Part shown: in pieces, positions 18,489 through 27,052 of the stretch
Position numbering within the stretch: the first letter of the stretch is position 1
Layout: each line of letters opens with the position of its first letter
Assembly (NCBI GenBank): GCA_035299465.1
Contig: DATGWN010000075.1
Location: 1-31,370 of the forward strand
Direction of reading: 5' to 3'
DNA length: 31,370 nucleotides
Source: Acidobacteriota bacterium
GTDB taxonomy: Archaea > Nanobdellota > Nanobdellia > Woesearchaeales > DATGWN01
Made by a program: the position numbers and the translations under genes
The notes under the pieces: generated by a model
What the model was told of the DNA's origin: nothing
Database searches by the model: none
The model's input: the letters and a program-made list of their open reading frames with translations, nothing else

Positions 18489-19241
18489 CTATTTCTTTTT
18501 GCCTCTGAACTTGCTGAAGAATTCCATCACTTCAACAGGCAACGCCATGACTACCGTATTACTGGCAGTAGGGCCTAAGCCATCCAGCGTCTGAAGAGTT
18601 CGAAGTTGCATTGCGCCCGTCGAACTTCCCATGATCTGTGCCGCAGCAGCAAGATTCTTTGCCGCTTCCTTATCACCTTCTGATTTGATGATATTTGCGC
18701 GCTTTTCTCGCTCAGCAGCTGCTTGTCGCGACATGATGCGCTTTAAGTCATCTGGAACTTCGATGTCTTGAAGTTTGATTGAATTTACGTCAAGGCCCCA
18801 TGCCTCAGTCTCTTTGTCGACGATTGCACGGATTTCATCGCCAATTTTTTGACGCTCAGTAAGAACACTGTCTAAAGTCATACCGGACAACACATCACGA
18901 AGCGCAGTCTGGGCGTACATTGTAATTGCGTACTGATAATCTTGGATTTTAATGATTGCATCTTCAGATTTGACGACCTTGTAAAAGACCACGCCGTTCG
19001 CATGAATCGGAACGTTATCTTTTGTCATAATCTGTTGCTTTGGAATGTCCACTGCAAGTAATCGCATGTCCACAACAGTCATATGTTGGATGACTGGAAT
19101 AATCCAAGTAAGACCTGCTTCGCGCTTACCGCTATATTTTCCCAGCGTGAATACAAGTCCTGATTCATACTGTTGGACAATTCGAATACCTAGTAGAACT
19201 ATGATAATGCCTGCGATATACAACCAAATAAATGAAATCAT
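18489..19241 (-). CDS. SPFH-family (stomatin/prohibitin-like) membrane protein
   Basis: An N-terminal TM helix, then 'RIVQQYESGLVFTLGKYSGKREAGLTWIIPVIQHMTVVDMR...' and 'RQAAAEREKRANIIKSEGDKEAAKNLAAAA', which form the canonical SPFH core and coiled-coil tail. Confidence 0.9.
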   Translation of the reverse strand: MISFIWLYIAGIIIVLLGIRIVQQYESGLVFTLGKYSGKREAGLTWIIPVIQHMTVVDMRLLAVDIPKQQIMTKDNVPIHANGVVFYKVVKSEDAIIKIQDYQYAITMYAQTALRDVLSGMTLDSVLTERQKIGDEIRAIVDKETEAWGLDVNSIKLQDIEVPDDLKRIMSRQAAAEREKRANIIKSEGDKEAAKNLAAAAQIMGSSTGAMQLRTLQTLDGLGPTASNTVVMALPVEVMEFFSKFRGKKK

Positions 19242-19319
19242 GTGAGCCCCCTTTTGGCATACGCCATGACGACAAAATCGTCATCATCATTTATAAAATA
19301 TGTGACTGAAAATTACCGT

Positions 19320-19964
19320 TTATTGCGAATGCCCACCGCGCACAAGCGTACCTATAAGTGTAACCACTTGCGAATCTGTGACCTCGCTAAAATCCTCATA
19401 ACTCATACCCACGTATGCAACAGGTTCCTCAATAACTTGCACCGCCACTATTTCGTCAACGGATTTCGATAACTCACCGCGCATATCTTTAGATATCACC
19501 GGCACCGCGACGATAATTTTTTGTGGCTTTTGTTTGCGTAACGAAAGAAGCGCGGCTCGCAACGTCAATCCCGTAGCAATACCATCATCCACAACTACCG
19601 CAATCTTTGCGTGAGCACTCACAGATTTACCGTTGCAATACACATCTCTACGGCGCTTAGCTTCAACCAACTGTTTTTTTCCTGCAGAAGCCAACCACAC
19701 CGGATCGACTGGCTCTTTTTTGTTAACGACAACATCGCCATGTTCGCTGATCGCAGCAATCGCATATTCAGAGTCAGCCGGATGCGAAATTTTACGAGCA
19801 ATAACACAATCTAGGGGAGCGTGCAATGTACGTGCAATCTCATAACCTAAGACTACGCCTCCTCGCGGCAATGCATACACAACGACATCTTGCCCTTTGA
19901 AGCGTTCCAACAAATTCGCAAGTTGTCTGCCTGCATCGGCCCTGTCTTTGAACTTCATGAGCAT
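19320..19964 (-). CDS. Type I phosphoribosyltransferase-domain protein (COG1926-like)
   Basis: The PRPP-binding loop 'IAVVVDDGIATGLT' and an N-terminal 'VVVYALPRGGVVLGYEIA'. A TATA-like 'TTTATATA' at 19981-19988 suggests a leaderless start near M3 (19958). Confidence 0.75.
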   Translation of the reverse strand: MLMKFKDRADAGRQLANLLERFKGQDVVVYALPRGGVVLGYEIARTLHAPLDCVIARKISHPADSEYAIAAISEHGDVVVNKKEPVDPVWLASAGKKQLVEAKRRRDVYCNGKSVSAHAKIAVVVDDGIATGLTLRAALLSLRKQKPQKIIVAVPVISKDMRGELSKSVDEIVAVQVIEEPVAYVGMSYEDFSEVTDSQVVTLIGTLVRGGHSQ

Positions 19965-20036
19965 ACAAATTGTTTTTTGAATATATAAAATGAAAGAATT
20001 AAGAAAAGCAGAACAAATATATAATCTTTGAAATCA

Positions 20037-22490
20037 TTACTTATATGTCGCTTTCAAGAAATCCTTGATCTGCTGCGCTTTCTGCTTGCCAATTCCGTCG
20101 ACAAATGCCAACGCTTCAACAGAACATATCAGGATATTTTGGACACAACCAAAATGTTCCAGTAATTTTTTTGCTGTGGACATGCCAACGTGCGGAATGG
20201 AACTAATCACGTATTCTTGTTGTTCACGAAGCGACGCAGGTTTATTTGACGCATGCGGCGAAAATGAACTCGTCGAACCTTGCTGTTCTCGACGTGCAAT
20301 CATAAAAAGCAAACTTGCTGTCTCTTTTTCGTTACGCGTGAATAAAATCGGAATCTGATAGCTCACCGCAACGGTTGAAAGCATGCCGTAAATTGAATTT
20401 GGATGAATATTTCGTACAGAGAATAGACTTTCCTCGCCCTCAATTATGACAACTGGTTTGAGAACGGATTCTCGTAAGATCTTAAGCTGCGTCAACAGTC
20501 TTCCGTCCAAAATGGAATCGATAAAGTCAGGCACTCGCTTGTATTCAACAACGACATCTTTAGATAATGTGAAATCGCCTACCGCTAATTGTTCGAGCTT
20601 GAGGGCGATAGGTAGTTCAAATAATTGCTTTAACACACCGCTGCCCTTTTCGCGGTGATCAGCGAATATTACTATTGAATTTTCAGTTTTAGGCACTTTT
20701 TGTTCGGCAACCGGCACGGATGGTTTCTCGACGGCGATAGAAGTCATTGTCTTTTTTTCAAGTTTAATTTCTGTCATTTGAGATTCAATAGTTGCAGACT
20801 CAGTTTGAGGTGTAACGGATTCAACAGTGTGTGTCGCGACTGTCTGTGATGCAACTGTCGTAAGCGGTTCCAACGGCAACGTGTGCGACATTGTTGCAGT
20901 CTTTGCCAAAACAAAATCTGCGCGTAGTGTTTGTTGTGCACCAGAACGTTGCGCTTTGACTTTCTTAAGAATTTCGTACATATTTTTTTCTTTGCGTTGC
21001 GCAACGTATCGAAACGCCATATCTCGCGTATTTCGTGCACAAAGGATAACGACGCGACCTTCATCGTGACGTCCAGTTCGTCCTTTTCGCTGGATAGTTC
21101 GAATCGCGCTTGGAATCGGCTCGAAGAAAATAACAGTATCCACCGACGGGATATCGAGTCCTTCTTCGCCGACAGAAGACATACAGATGACGTTGAAGTC
21201 ACCGTCTTTGAAATCGGCAAGCATTGCTAGTTGCTCTTTTTGAGACATGCCGGTACCTTGCTTCTTTGCTTGGCCGACGAATAATTTTGCATTTACTTTT
21301 GGATGCGTGTTTAATTGCTCCACGATAGATACCAAAGAATCACGATATTGACTAAACAAGATAATCTTTGCATCGGCGGATTTGCGCAAGGTCGCGTCAA
21401 CGATATTGAGCAACGCTTTCATTTTTGGATGCACGATCTCTGACGAGATTAATTCCTTAGTCTTCTGCATAGATAATCGTATATGTGGATCAGCACAGAT
21501 TGATACAACTGCTTTCGATTTCTTTTGCGCAGCTTGTTCATACATCGACTGCAAATATGTATAGAGACTTTGCACGCCTTGACTTTCGATAAGTTCGACG
21601 GCGTGTGAAATTTTAAGCGCTTGAGCTGCAAGAGAAATTCCCGACGCAACTGCAGGATCAAATTGTTGTTGTGCCATGCGCTGTTGCAAAGCGCCTACGA
21701 ATTTTAGAAGATCCGTTTTCAAAAGCGCGGAAGGATTTTTTCCTTCAAGAAAACCAAGACTTTTGATTTGACTTATACGTTGCGAATATGCTTTTTTCAA
21801 AAGCGTCGCTATATCAACGAATTCCGGCGGAAGATCAACTTCCACATAATCCACTTTTGTTTTTTGTATATATGGCTCGACATCAGGAGACGTCATTTCA
21901 CGATATTCGATTTGCGAGATAGAAAGATTTTGACAAATCTCCGTTATCGATTCCAGATCAGAACCTGGAGATGCAGTCAATGCAAGAATAAGCGGATTCT
22001 TTGCCTGTTTCATATATTGTTCTGCGACCCACACGTAACTATAATCACCTGTCGCGCGATGAGCTTCGTCAAATACGAGTAACGATATATCCGAGAGTTT
22101 GATGCGAGATGCAAGAATATCATTTTCAAGGCCTTGCGGAGTACTAAATATGATATCTGAGGCGACAAACAAGTCTGCACGTTTTTCAGGCGAAATCTGT
22201 CCGGTAAACACTGCCATCGAGGATTCATCTGCTTCCACCATGTCTTTGAACGTCTGCAGATGTTGGTTTACCAGCGGTCGCGTAGGTGCAAGTATGAGCA
22301 CTTTTGATCCTGGATATAATTTGGTGCGATGAAGCGCCATTAACAAGGAGATCAGCGTTTTACCCAAACCTGTCGGCAAAACGACCAGAGTGTTTGCCTT
22401 TACAGCCGTCGCAGTGATGAGCTCTTGATACAATCGAGGTTTCACATGCGGTTTGAGTTTGAACATAGTAGCCAGGATTGATTGCTGCAT
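20037..22490 (-). CDS. hef: Hef: SF2 helicase + ERCC4/XPF nuclease + HhH2 (fork-structure helicase/endonuclease)
   Basis: Helicase motifs 'LPTGLGKT', 'DEAH', 'TASP', 'QRKGRTGR'. Nuclease 'IFADHREKGSGV...LAVGDFTLS...VVEYKRVPDFIDSI'. A C-terminal HhH pair 'SIPHVGMSTAKKLLEHFG...VDGIGKQKAQQI'. Confidence 0.9.
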   Translation of the reverse strand: MQQSILATMFKLKPHVKPRLYQELITATAVKANTLVVLPTGLGKTLISLLMALHRTKLYPGSKVLILAPTRPLVNQHLQTFKDMVEADESSMAVFTGQISPEKRADLFVASDIIFSTPQGLENDILASRIKLSDISLLVFDEAHRATGDYSYVWVAEQYMKQAKNPLILALTASPGSDLESITEICQNLSISQIEYREMTSPDVEPYIQKTKVDYVEVDLPPEFVDIATLLKKAYSQRISQIKSLGFLEGKNPSALLKTDLLKFVGALQQRMAQQQFDPAVASGISLAAQALKISHAVELIESQGVQSLYTYLQSMYEQAAQKKSKAVVSICADPHIRLSMQKTKELISSEIVHPKMKALLNIVDATLRKSADAKIILFSQYRDSLVSIVEQLNTHPKVNAKLFVGQAKKQGTGMSQKEQLAMLADFKDGDFNVICMSSVGEEGLDIPSVDTVIFFEPIPSAIRTIQRKGRTGRHDEGRVVILCARNTRDMAFRYVAQRKEKNMYEILKKVKAQRSGAQQTLRADFVLAKTATMSHTLPLEPLTTVASQTVATHTVESVTPQTESATIESQMTEIKLEKKTMTSIAVEKPSVPVAEQKVPKTENSIVIFADHREKGSGVLKQLFELPIALKLEQLAVGDFTLSKDVVVEYKRVPDFIDSILDGRLLTQLKILRESVLKPVVIIEGEESLFSVRNIHPNSIYGMLSTVAVSYQIPILFTRNEKETASLLFMIARREQQGSTSSFSPHASNKPASLREQQEYVISSIPHVGMSTAKKLLEHFGCVQNILICSVEALAFVDGIGKQKAQQIKDFLKATYK

Positions 22491-22514
22491 ATTAAAAAGA
22501 TGTGTCTAAGGTCT

Positions 22515-22522
22515 TTTATAAA
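22515..22522 (-). promoter_or_regulatory. TATA-box-like 'TTTATAAA' about 28 nt upstream of the hef start codon
   Basis: An A/T octamer at the spacing expected for a leaderless or short-leader archaeal promoter. Confidence 0.3.
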
Positions 22523-22585
22523 CAAAGTTCGACTGTTTGTCTAGCTGTCGAGTGGATATTCGTGCCATATTCGTGGACGCGCGCC

Positions 22586-23425
22586 CTACAGAATGTCAAT
22601 ATAATCTTCCATCGATTCAATACAAATCGAACCATCATCACACACACTCCCTCGGACACGCACGATATCACCCTCTTTGACACACGATTGATAACACCAT
22701 AACAACGTCCACACGTTTGTCAAACCTTCTGCGGCACCTACTGAAAACGAACGAGGCATAAAGTCGGAACGGTTGCAACCAACAACGCCACAAATTTCTC
22801 TTTTCTCGGACAATATACGAGCACAAATAACAGGCATCTTTTTTGGCAAAAAGCGAATTGTCATTGCAACGCCGTCTGAAAACACCAACGTCGACCACCG
22901 TCTCAAAAGAATCTTTTCTGCGCAAAATTTTGAGGAAAAACTCGCGAATTTGTGTGTACGTGACATTGCGTACGCCTCATCTACAGCATGCGCATCCAAA
23001 AGCACTCTCAGCGCAACAATATGCGATCGTACAAGCGCATGTGCCTCCTCCCCATACACACAAAAATCAACATCCTTCGCAGGAGAAAGCTCTAGCATGA
23101 ATGAACCAAAGATACCTATATCGCATTGTGCAATTCCAATATACTCGAGAAATTCACCGATCATTCGAAATTGCGGCGGCATAGAATGTTTCATACACGC
23201 GTAAGCGCTTCTTGCATGAATCACGAACCCCTCAGGAATTTTCTCAAGAACACTGTCGGACCGAATTACTTTTTTGAATCGGCGACCACTTGCGTCAACC
23301 TTATCACCTTGTTCGTTCAGAACATATACTTTTCTGCCGTACACTGCACCATCCAAGCTATGCGTGACGATATAGTAATTGAACGCCATATCGCGAACAT
23401 AATCACACGCGCTAAGGACTCTCAT
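22586..23425 (-). CDS. Pol-beta-superfamily nucleotidyltransferase-fold protein with C-terminal OB-like beta domain (start reassigned to Met59 of the listed ORF)
   Basis: 'GIFGSFMLELSPAKDVDFCVYG' fits the hG[GS]x9-13[DE]h[DE]h pattern. The ATG at 23425 forms an ATGA overlap with the upstream methyltransferase stop, whereas the listed start (23599) would overlap that gene by 178 nt. Confidence 0.5.
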   Translation of the reverse strand: MRVLSACDYVRDMAFNYYIVTHSLDGAVYGRKVYVLNEQGDKVDASGRRFKKVIRSDSVLEKIPEGFVIHARSAYACMKHSMPPQFRMIGEFLEYIGIAQCDIGIFGSFMLELSPAKDVDFCVYGEEAHALVRSHIVALRVLLDAHAVDEAYAMSRTHKFASFSSKFCAEKILLRRWSTLVFSDGVAMTIRFLPKKMPVICARILSEKREICGVVGCNRSDFMPRSFSVGAAEGLTNVWTLLWCYQSCVKEGDIVRVRGSVCDDGSICIESMEDYIDIL

Positions 23426-24111
23426 AACGGTCTCATCGCATGAATATTTATGTACGTATTTTTTCCAGCGACTTCCTTTGGTATCGTTCGCACATGTGAA
23501 ATAATGAACCCAGCGTCGCAAACAATTTGTCGCAATCCCGTCGGCGTATCTCGGAATCGATACCGAGGTAATGCATACTTCTTGTCGGCGGGCAGCCAAC
23601 CCTCGTCTCGCCCCATCCCTTCAATAAAACCGAAAAATAATGCTCCCGTCGGCTTAGTGATGCGATACAATTCTGAAAGCACTACCCGTATCTGTGCAAG
23701 TGGCGTCGTCGTCAAAGAGCAATTAGTCCACACTCCGTCAAAATAGCCGTCAGAAAAAACGCGTAAATCTTTTTCATAATTCATTTGTCGAGTTTCAATA
23801 CCCTTATCTGCCGCACGCATCAGCGCATATGCAGACAAATCAACACCCAGTACTGACAAACCACGCAAAGAAAGTTGCTGTGCATCGCGACCTGGACCGC
23901 AACCAAGATCCAACACTCGGCCGTCGACACTCATTCGAAAAAAGTCATAATCTTTCTCATACAGATGTGCACAATATTTTGTTCTACCTTCGTACTGAGC
24001 AGAATATGCATTGTATAGTTCTTGTTTGATAAGAATTCTATCTGATTCGCAAACATCCGCAGTAAGCGGAGCACAACCAGTCGCAAACTCACGAATTTTG
24101 TCGATATGCAT
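23422..24111 (-). CDS. Class I SAM-dependent methyltransferase
   Basis: Motif I 'VLDLGCGPGRDAQQL', motif II 'GVDLS' and a post-II acidic residue, in a Rossmann-like layout. Confidence 0.8.
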   Translation of the reverse strand: MHIDKIREFATGCAPLTADVCESDRILIKQELYNAYSAQYEGRTKYCAHLYEKDYDFFRMSVDGRVLDLGCGPGRDAQQLSLRGLSVLGVDLSAYALMRAADKGIETRQMNYEKDLRVFSDGYFDGVWTNCSLTTTPLAQIRVVLSELYRITKPTGALFFGFIEGMGRDEGWLPADKKYALPRYRFRDTPTGLRQIVCDAGFIISHVRTIPKEVAGKNTYINIHAMRPL

Positions 24112-24658
24112 CTTTAATCATCTCCACCATTTCTCCCTTGCTTCGGCAGCGACACAGATTATCAACCGCAATCATACCGTATTGTGACGTTTGTTGTAGC
24201 AAATGTCGATCCAAAGAACATATTGTGTCAAAATGTTCAAGCCATAACGGTTTTGCACCAGTGCGCTTGTACATCTTCTGTTGTAGTCGCTCTCGTCGTA
24301 AAACAGGAGGACATGTCAAATAAAAGCCAATTTTTTTGCCCGGCAGCGAATCGTACAAAGCTGGGCTGCATTGCACGCCCTCAATCAATATTTTTTTATC
24401 ACACGAGTACTGAGCAATTTCATTAAACAACAATCCATACGCAGTACTGTGCACAGCGTAACCTGCAAAGTCATCGACACCAAGCACCCGTCCTGCCGAG
24501 TGCGAAGGAGCTACAGACACATCTGCGACACCAGCTACTTTTCGTAACGTCTTTAGCGTATCAGTATGTATTAACTCTTCAATACCCAAAGCACACGCAA
24601 TATCTTGGCCTATCGTCGACTTACCACTACCCGGCATTCCGCCAATCATCACTATCAT
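24089..24658 (-). CDS. P-loop kinase, 2-phosphoglycerate-kinase-like
   Basis: The N-terminus 'MIVMIGGMPGSGKSTIGQDIACALGIEELIHTDTLKTLRK' closely resembles the 2PGK family N-terminus, including its Walker A motif. It overlaps its neighbours at both ends (23 nt and 4 nt). Confidence 0.6.
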   Translation of the reverse strand: MIVMIGGMPGSGKSTIGQDIACALGIEELIHTDTLKTLRKVAGVADVSVAPSHSAGRVLGVDDFAGYAVHSTAYGLLFNEIAQYSCDKKILIEGVQCSPALYDSLPGKKIGFYLTCPPVLRRERLQQKMYKRTGAKPLWLEHFDTICSLDRHLLQQTSQYGMIAVDNLCRCRSKGEMVEMIKDAYRQNS

Positions 24659-25479
24659 TGTGCCCGGTACGCCAACTTGCTAAAGTCTTGCTTAGTCATG
24701 CGAGTGAACTTCATATCATTATGATTTCGAATGATATCCGCCAATCTATGCACGCCTGCAACGACTTGTGCTTCGTCACCATATTTGAAAGTCCGAGGAT
24801 ACGCGTAGAAACCCGGAATAAATCCGTGATACTCGATTTCCACCTGACGTAAATATCGATCACTGCCGGTCGGATTGCACGTTGAGACCGAAACATCATA
24901 GACTCGACCGTCATCCCTATCCAAGAATGTCAAAGATGCTACAACTTTATCCATATCGCCGACATATCGATAACCCTCAGACGCCAACGATTGCGATTGT
25001 GTAAATACCTCATCCAGCGACGAGACGGGTTGTATTTTTTCCGAGCGTTTGAGAACATACGCGCAAAAAGGATTTCGGTTAGGTAGATTCTTTTTCTGCT
25101 TCAGACTAAAACCATTCTCGCGTTGTGCAAATGTTGCCGTGTTTGTACCTTTCACAAAATACGACTCCTGAGATCTTTTCTCGTCCGACAATTCTCCTTC
25201 CAGATACTTCGCGGCACGTTGCCCGTAAATGATTTCAGCCAAATCTCTCGTTGACATTTCTAACTGTTGTGGAATTGTCGGTGTGAGTTTTGCTTCGAAC
25301 TCCACATTTGGAAATTCTGTGGGCAGTGCGTCAAATCCTTCAGATTCGTACATGTTTTTTATGTAATTCATTGTGTTCCCCCGTTCATTGTGTTGTTGAT
25401 TGTCTTGCTTGCGTTGTTCATTTCGAGTGTGTATTGAGCGTTTTGTCCAGCACGAATTCGAGTCGAGGTATTTTGTCAA
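24655..25479 (-). CDS. Candidate CYTH-like (triphosphate tunnel) domain protein; probable true start Met37 (25371)
   Basis: From Met37 it has an N-terminal 'NVEFEAKL' (ExExK), 'QESYFVKG', 'SLKQK' and a C-terminal 'RQVEIEYHG' (ExExE-like). Spacing is compatible with an 8-strand CYTH tunnel. This is a motif-level call only. Confidence 0.35.
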   Translation of the reverse strand: MTKYLDSNSCWTKRSIHTRNEQRKQDNQQHNERGNTMNYIKNMYESEGFDALPTEFPNVEFEAKLTPTIPQQLEMSTRDLAEIIYGQRAAKYLEGELSDEKRSQESYFVKGTNTATFAQRENGFSLKQKKNLPNRNPFCAYVLKRSEKIQPVSSLDEVFTQSQSLASEGYRYVGDMDKVVASLTFLDRDDGRVYDVSVSTCNPTGSDRYLRQVEIEYHGFIPGFYAYPRTFKYGDEAQVVAGVHRLADIIRNHNDMKFTRMTKQDFSKLAYRAQ

Positions 25480-26038
25480 GTGCTGGTACCCTCAGCGGTT
25501 CGTAGCCGACTCGCCGATAGGCCGCGTGTAGCTGCTTGTGGATTTCGCGCATCATCTCTTCGCCTTCTTTGCGTTGGCCGTCAGTTTGGTAGATTGAGAG
25601 TGGATCAAGAATCAGAACACCGGCGTAGCGTCGTTTGCTGACCGCATCCACGATGTGTTCAGGCACTTTTTTTCCTTCTCGTACTTCGCGTTCCAGATAA
25701 TATCCTAGCGTATCCGGAAGACCCCTGTCGAGATACACCGGTCCGTTGAGTTGAGAGATTGTTGCTTCAAGACCGTTTTGCACTTGCATAATCTTTTGCT
25801 GGAATTCGACGAAGTCTGTCCAGGGAAGCGGACCATTGCTTTCCATGTTCGCGCGTATCAGTGGCCGAGCGATTTCTGGCATCGTATAGTATCCTTTGTC
25901 TGATAAACCGTTGCAAAGTGTTGTTTTTCCGCATCCGGGAGGCCCTGTAATCACATAGAGTCGGTTCCCGTTGTGGCTGAGAGGAGATTCTATCATGTGG
26001 CACCGATATGTATATATACTTGTACTGAAAATAACCAT
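25418..26038 (-). CDS. P-loop NTPase, AAA_28/COG3911-like predicted ATPase/kinase (alternative start Met15 at 25996)
   Basis: Walker A 'ITGPPGCGKTTL' and Walker B-like 'GVLILDPL'. It is the first gene of the five-gene minus-strand operon. Confidence 0.6.
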   Translation of the reverse strand: MVIFSTSIYTYRCHMIESPLSHNGNRLYVITGPPGCGKTTLCNGLSDKGYYTMPEIARPLIRANMESNGPLPWTDFVEFQQKIMQVQNGLEATISQLNGPVYLDRGLPDTLGYYLEREVREGKKVPEHIVDAVSKRRYAGVLILDPLSIYQTDGQRKEGEEMMREIHKQLHAAYRRVGYEPLRVPALDKIPRLEFVLDKTLNTHSK

Positions 26039-26119
26039 TTCGTACTAAAAAGTAGGCATAGTGTTGTACATTTCGCAGATAATGCGGTACAGCACGTGCC
26101 CTATTTTTTCCAATTACAG

Positions 26120-26162
26120 ACTAATCAAATAATACAAACTAATTTTCATAAAAACTAATTAT
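26120..26162 (+). promoter_or_regulatory. Three direct ACTAAT(T/C) repeats (16-18 bp spacing) overlapping a TATA-like 'CATAAAAAC' about 30 nt upstream of the regulator start; candidate operator in the divergent promoter
   Basis: ACTAAT occurs at 26120, 26138 and 26154. 'aaactaatttt' and 'aaactaattat' are near-identical 11-mers. Confidence 0.35.
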
Positions 26163-26182
26163 CAGATTCGAGAGATGTTTGA

Positions 26183-27052
26183 ATGCTTACCAAAGAAGTG
26201 CGATTGCAGATAGAAGAGATTGTGCGAAACAAACCGTGTTCTGTACAAGAAATCGCGCAGACAATCGACAAAAATTGGCGAACAGCTGACAGATATGTTC
26301 AGCAAATCCAAGAAGAGCATGGCACAATCGCCACAAGAATTTTTCGCGAAGGATCCAGAGGCGCATTAAAAATCGTATTCTGGAATGCGCTCTCCGACAA
26401 AAAAGGCACGGCATATCAAGACCGTCTAAAGACGCTCATTGAAACAGGAAAAACAAAGTTCGATTTCTCCCCGATGCACATCTATCAATTTGCCGATTCA
26501 CAAAAACGCCAAGCACAAATCACCAAGGAGTTTATTTCGTCGGAGTTTCGTAAGTTAGTCGAGTCCGCACAACAGCAAGTATGTTTCTTTTCAGGCAATC
26601 TAAGTTGGCTCAAAGACGAAAAAGACATGATCAACCTCATAGAATCGCTCATCAAACGAAGCGTCAAAGTGAAATTTCTCACCCGAATCGATATCACGTC
26701 GCAAACCATGGCGGCAAATATTCTCAAGCTTAATTTACGCTACGGCGACGACATGGTCGCAATCAAACACTGCGAACAACCACTGCGTGCATTCATCGTA
26801 GACGACAAAATCATCAGTCTCAAAGAAGTGTACTCGCCATCACATCAAAAGGAAATCAAAGAAACCACATTCATCTATTATAGAATAAAAGACATCGTTT
26901 GGGTAAGTTGGCTTCAGAAAGTGTTCTGGCATCTATGGGAACAATCCATAGATGCTCAGTCACGAATCGACGCGCTGCTCACTATAGAAAACATCGATTC
27001 ACATATCACTACACATATAAGTAAGCAGAAAACACCTAAAAAGATATCATGA
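26183..27052 (+). CDS. Winged-helix transcriptional regulator (possibly TrmB-like) with C-terminal effector domain
   Basis: The N-terminus 'IEEIVRNKPCSVQEIAQTIDKNWRTADRYVQQIQEEHG' looks like a wHTH. It is transcribed divergently from the five-gene operon, and its stop overlaps the trmY start (ATGA). Confidence 0.5.
   Translation: MLTKEVRLQIEEIVRNKPCSVQEIAQTIDKNWRTADRYVQQIQEEHGTIATRIFREGSRGALKIVFWNALSDKKGTAYQDRLKTLIETGKTKFDFSPMHIYQFADSQKRQAQITKEFISSEFRKLVESAQQQVCFFSGNLSWLKDEKDMINLIESLIKRSVKVKFLTRIDITSQTMAANILKLNLRYGDDMVAIKHCEQPLRAFIVDDKIISLKEVYSPSHQKEIKETTFIYYRIKDIVWVSWLQKVFWHLWEQSIDAQSRIDALLTIENIDSHITTHISKQKTPKKIS

Noticed and set aside
19242-19472. Plus-strand 76-aa ORF overlapping the PRTase 3' end
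   Set aside because: It is antisense to a well-supported gene and has no motif.
23426-23599. The 5' 58 codons of the listed ORF 22586..23599
   Set aside because: This segment would overlap the methyltransferase gene by 178 nt. An in-frame ATG at 23425 gives a canonical ATGA start/stop overlap instead.
25372-25479. N-terminal 36 codons of ORF 24655..25479 (Q/N-rich 'QRKQDNQQHNERGN')
   Set aside because: This low-complexity stretch overlaps the upstream ATPase gene, and Met37 avoids the overlap. The upstream part is probably untranslated.
26010-26019. Perfect palindrome GTATATATAC
   Set aside because: It lies inside the ATPase coding frame if the start at 26038 is used. It may be a TATA element if the start is actually at 25996. 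I cannot tell which from sequence alone, so it is not called.
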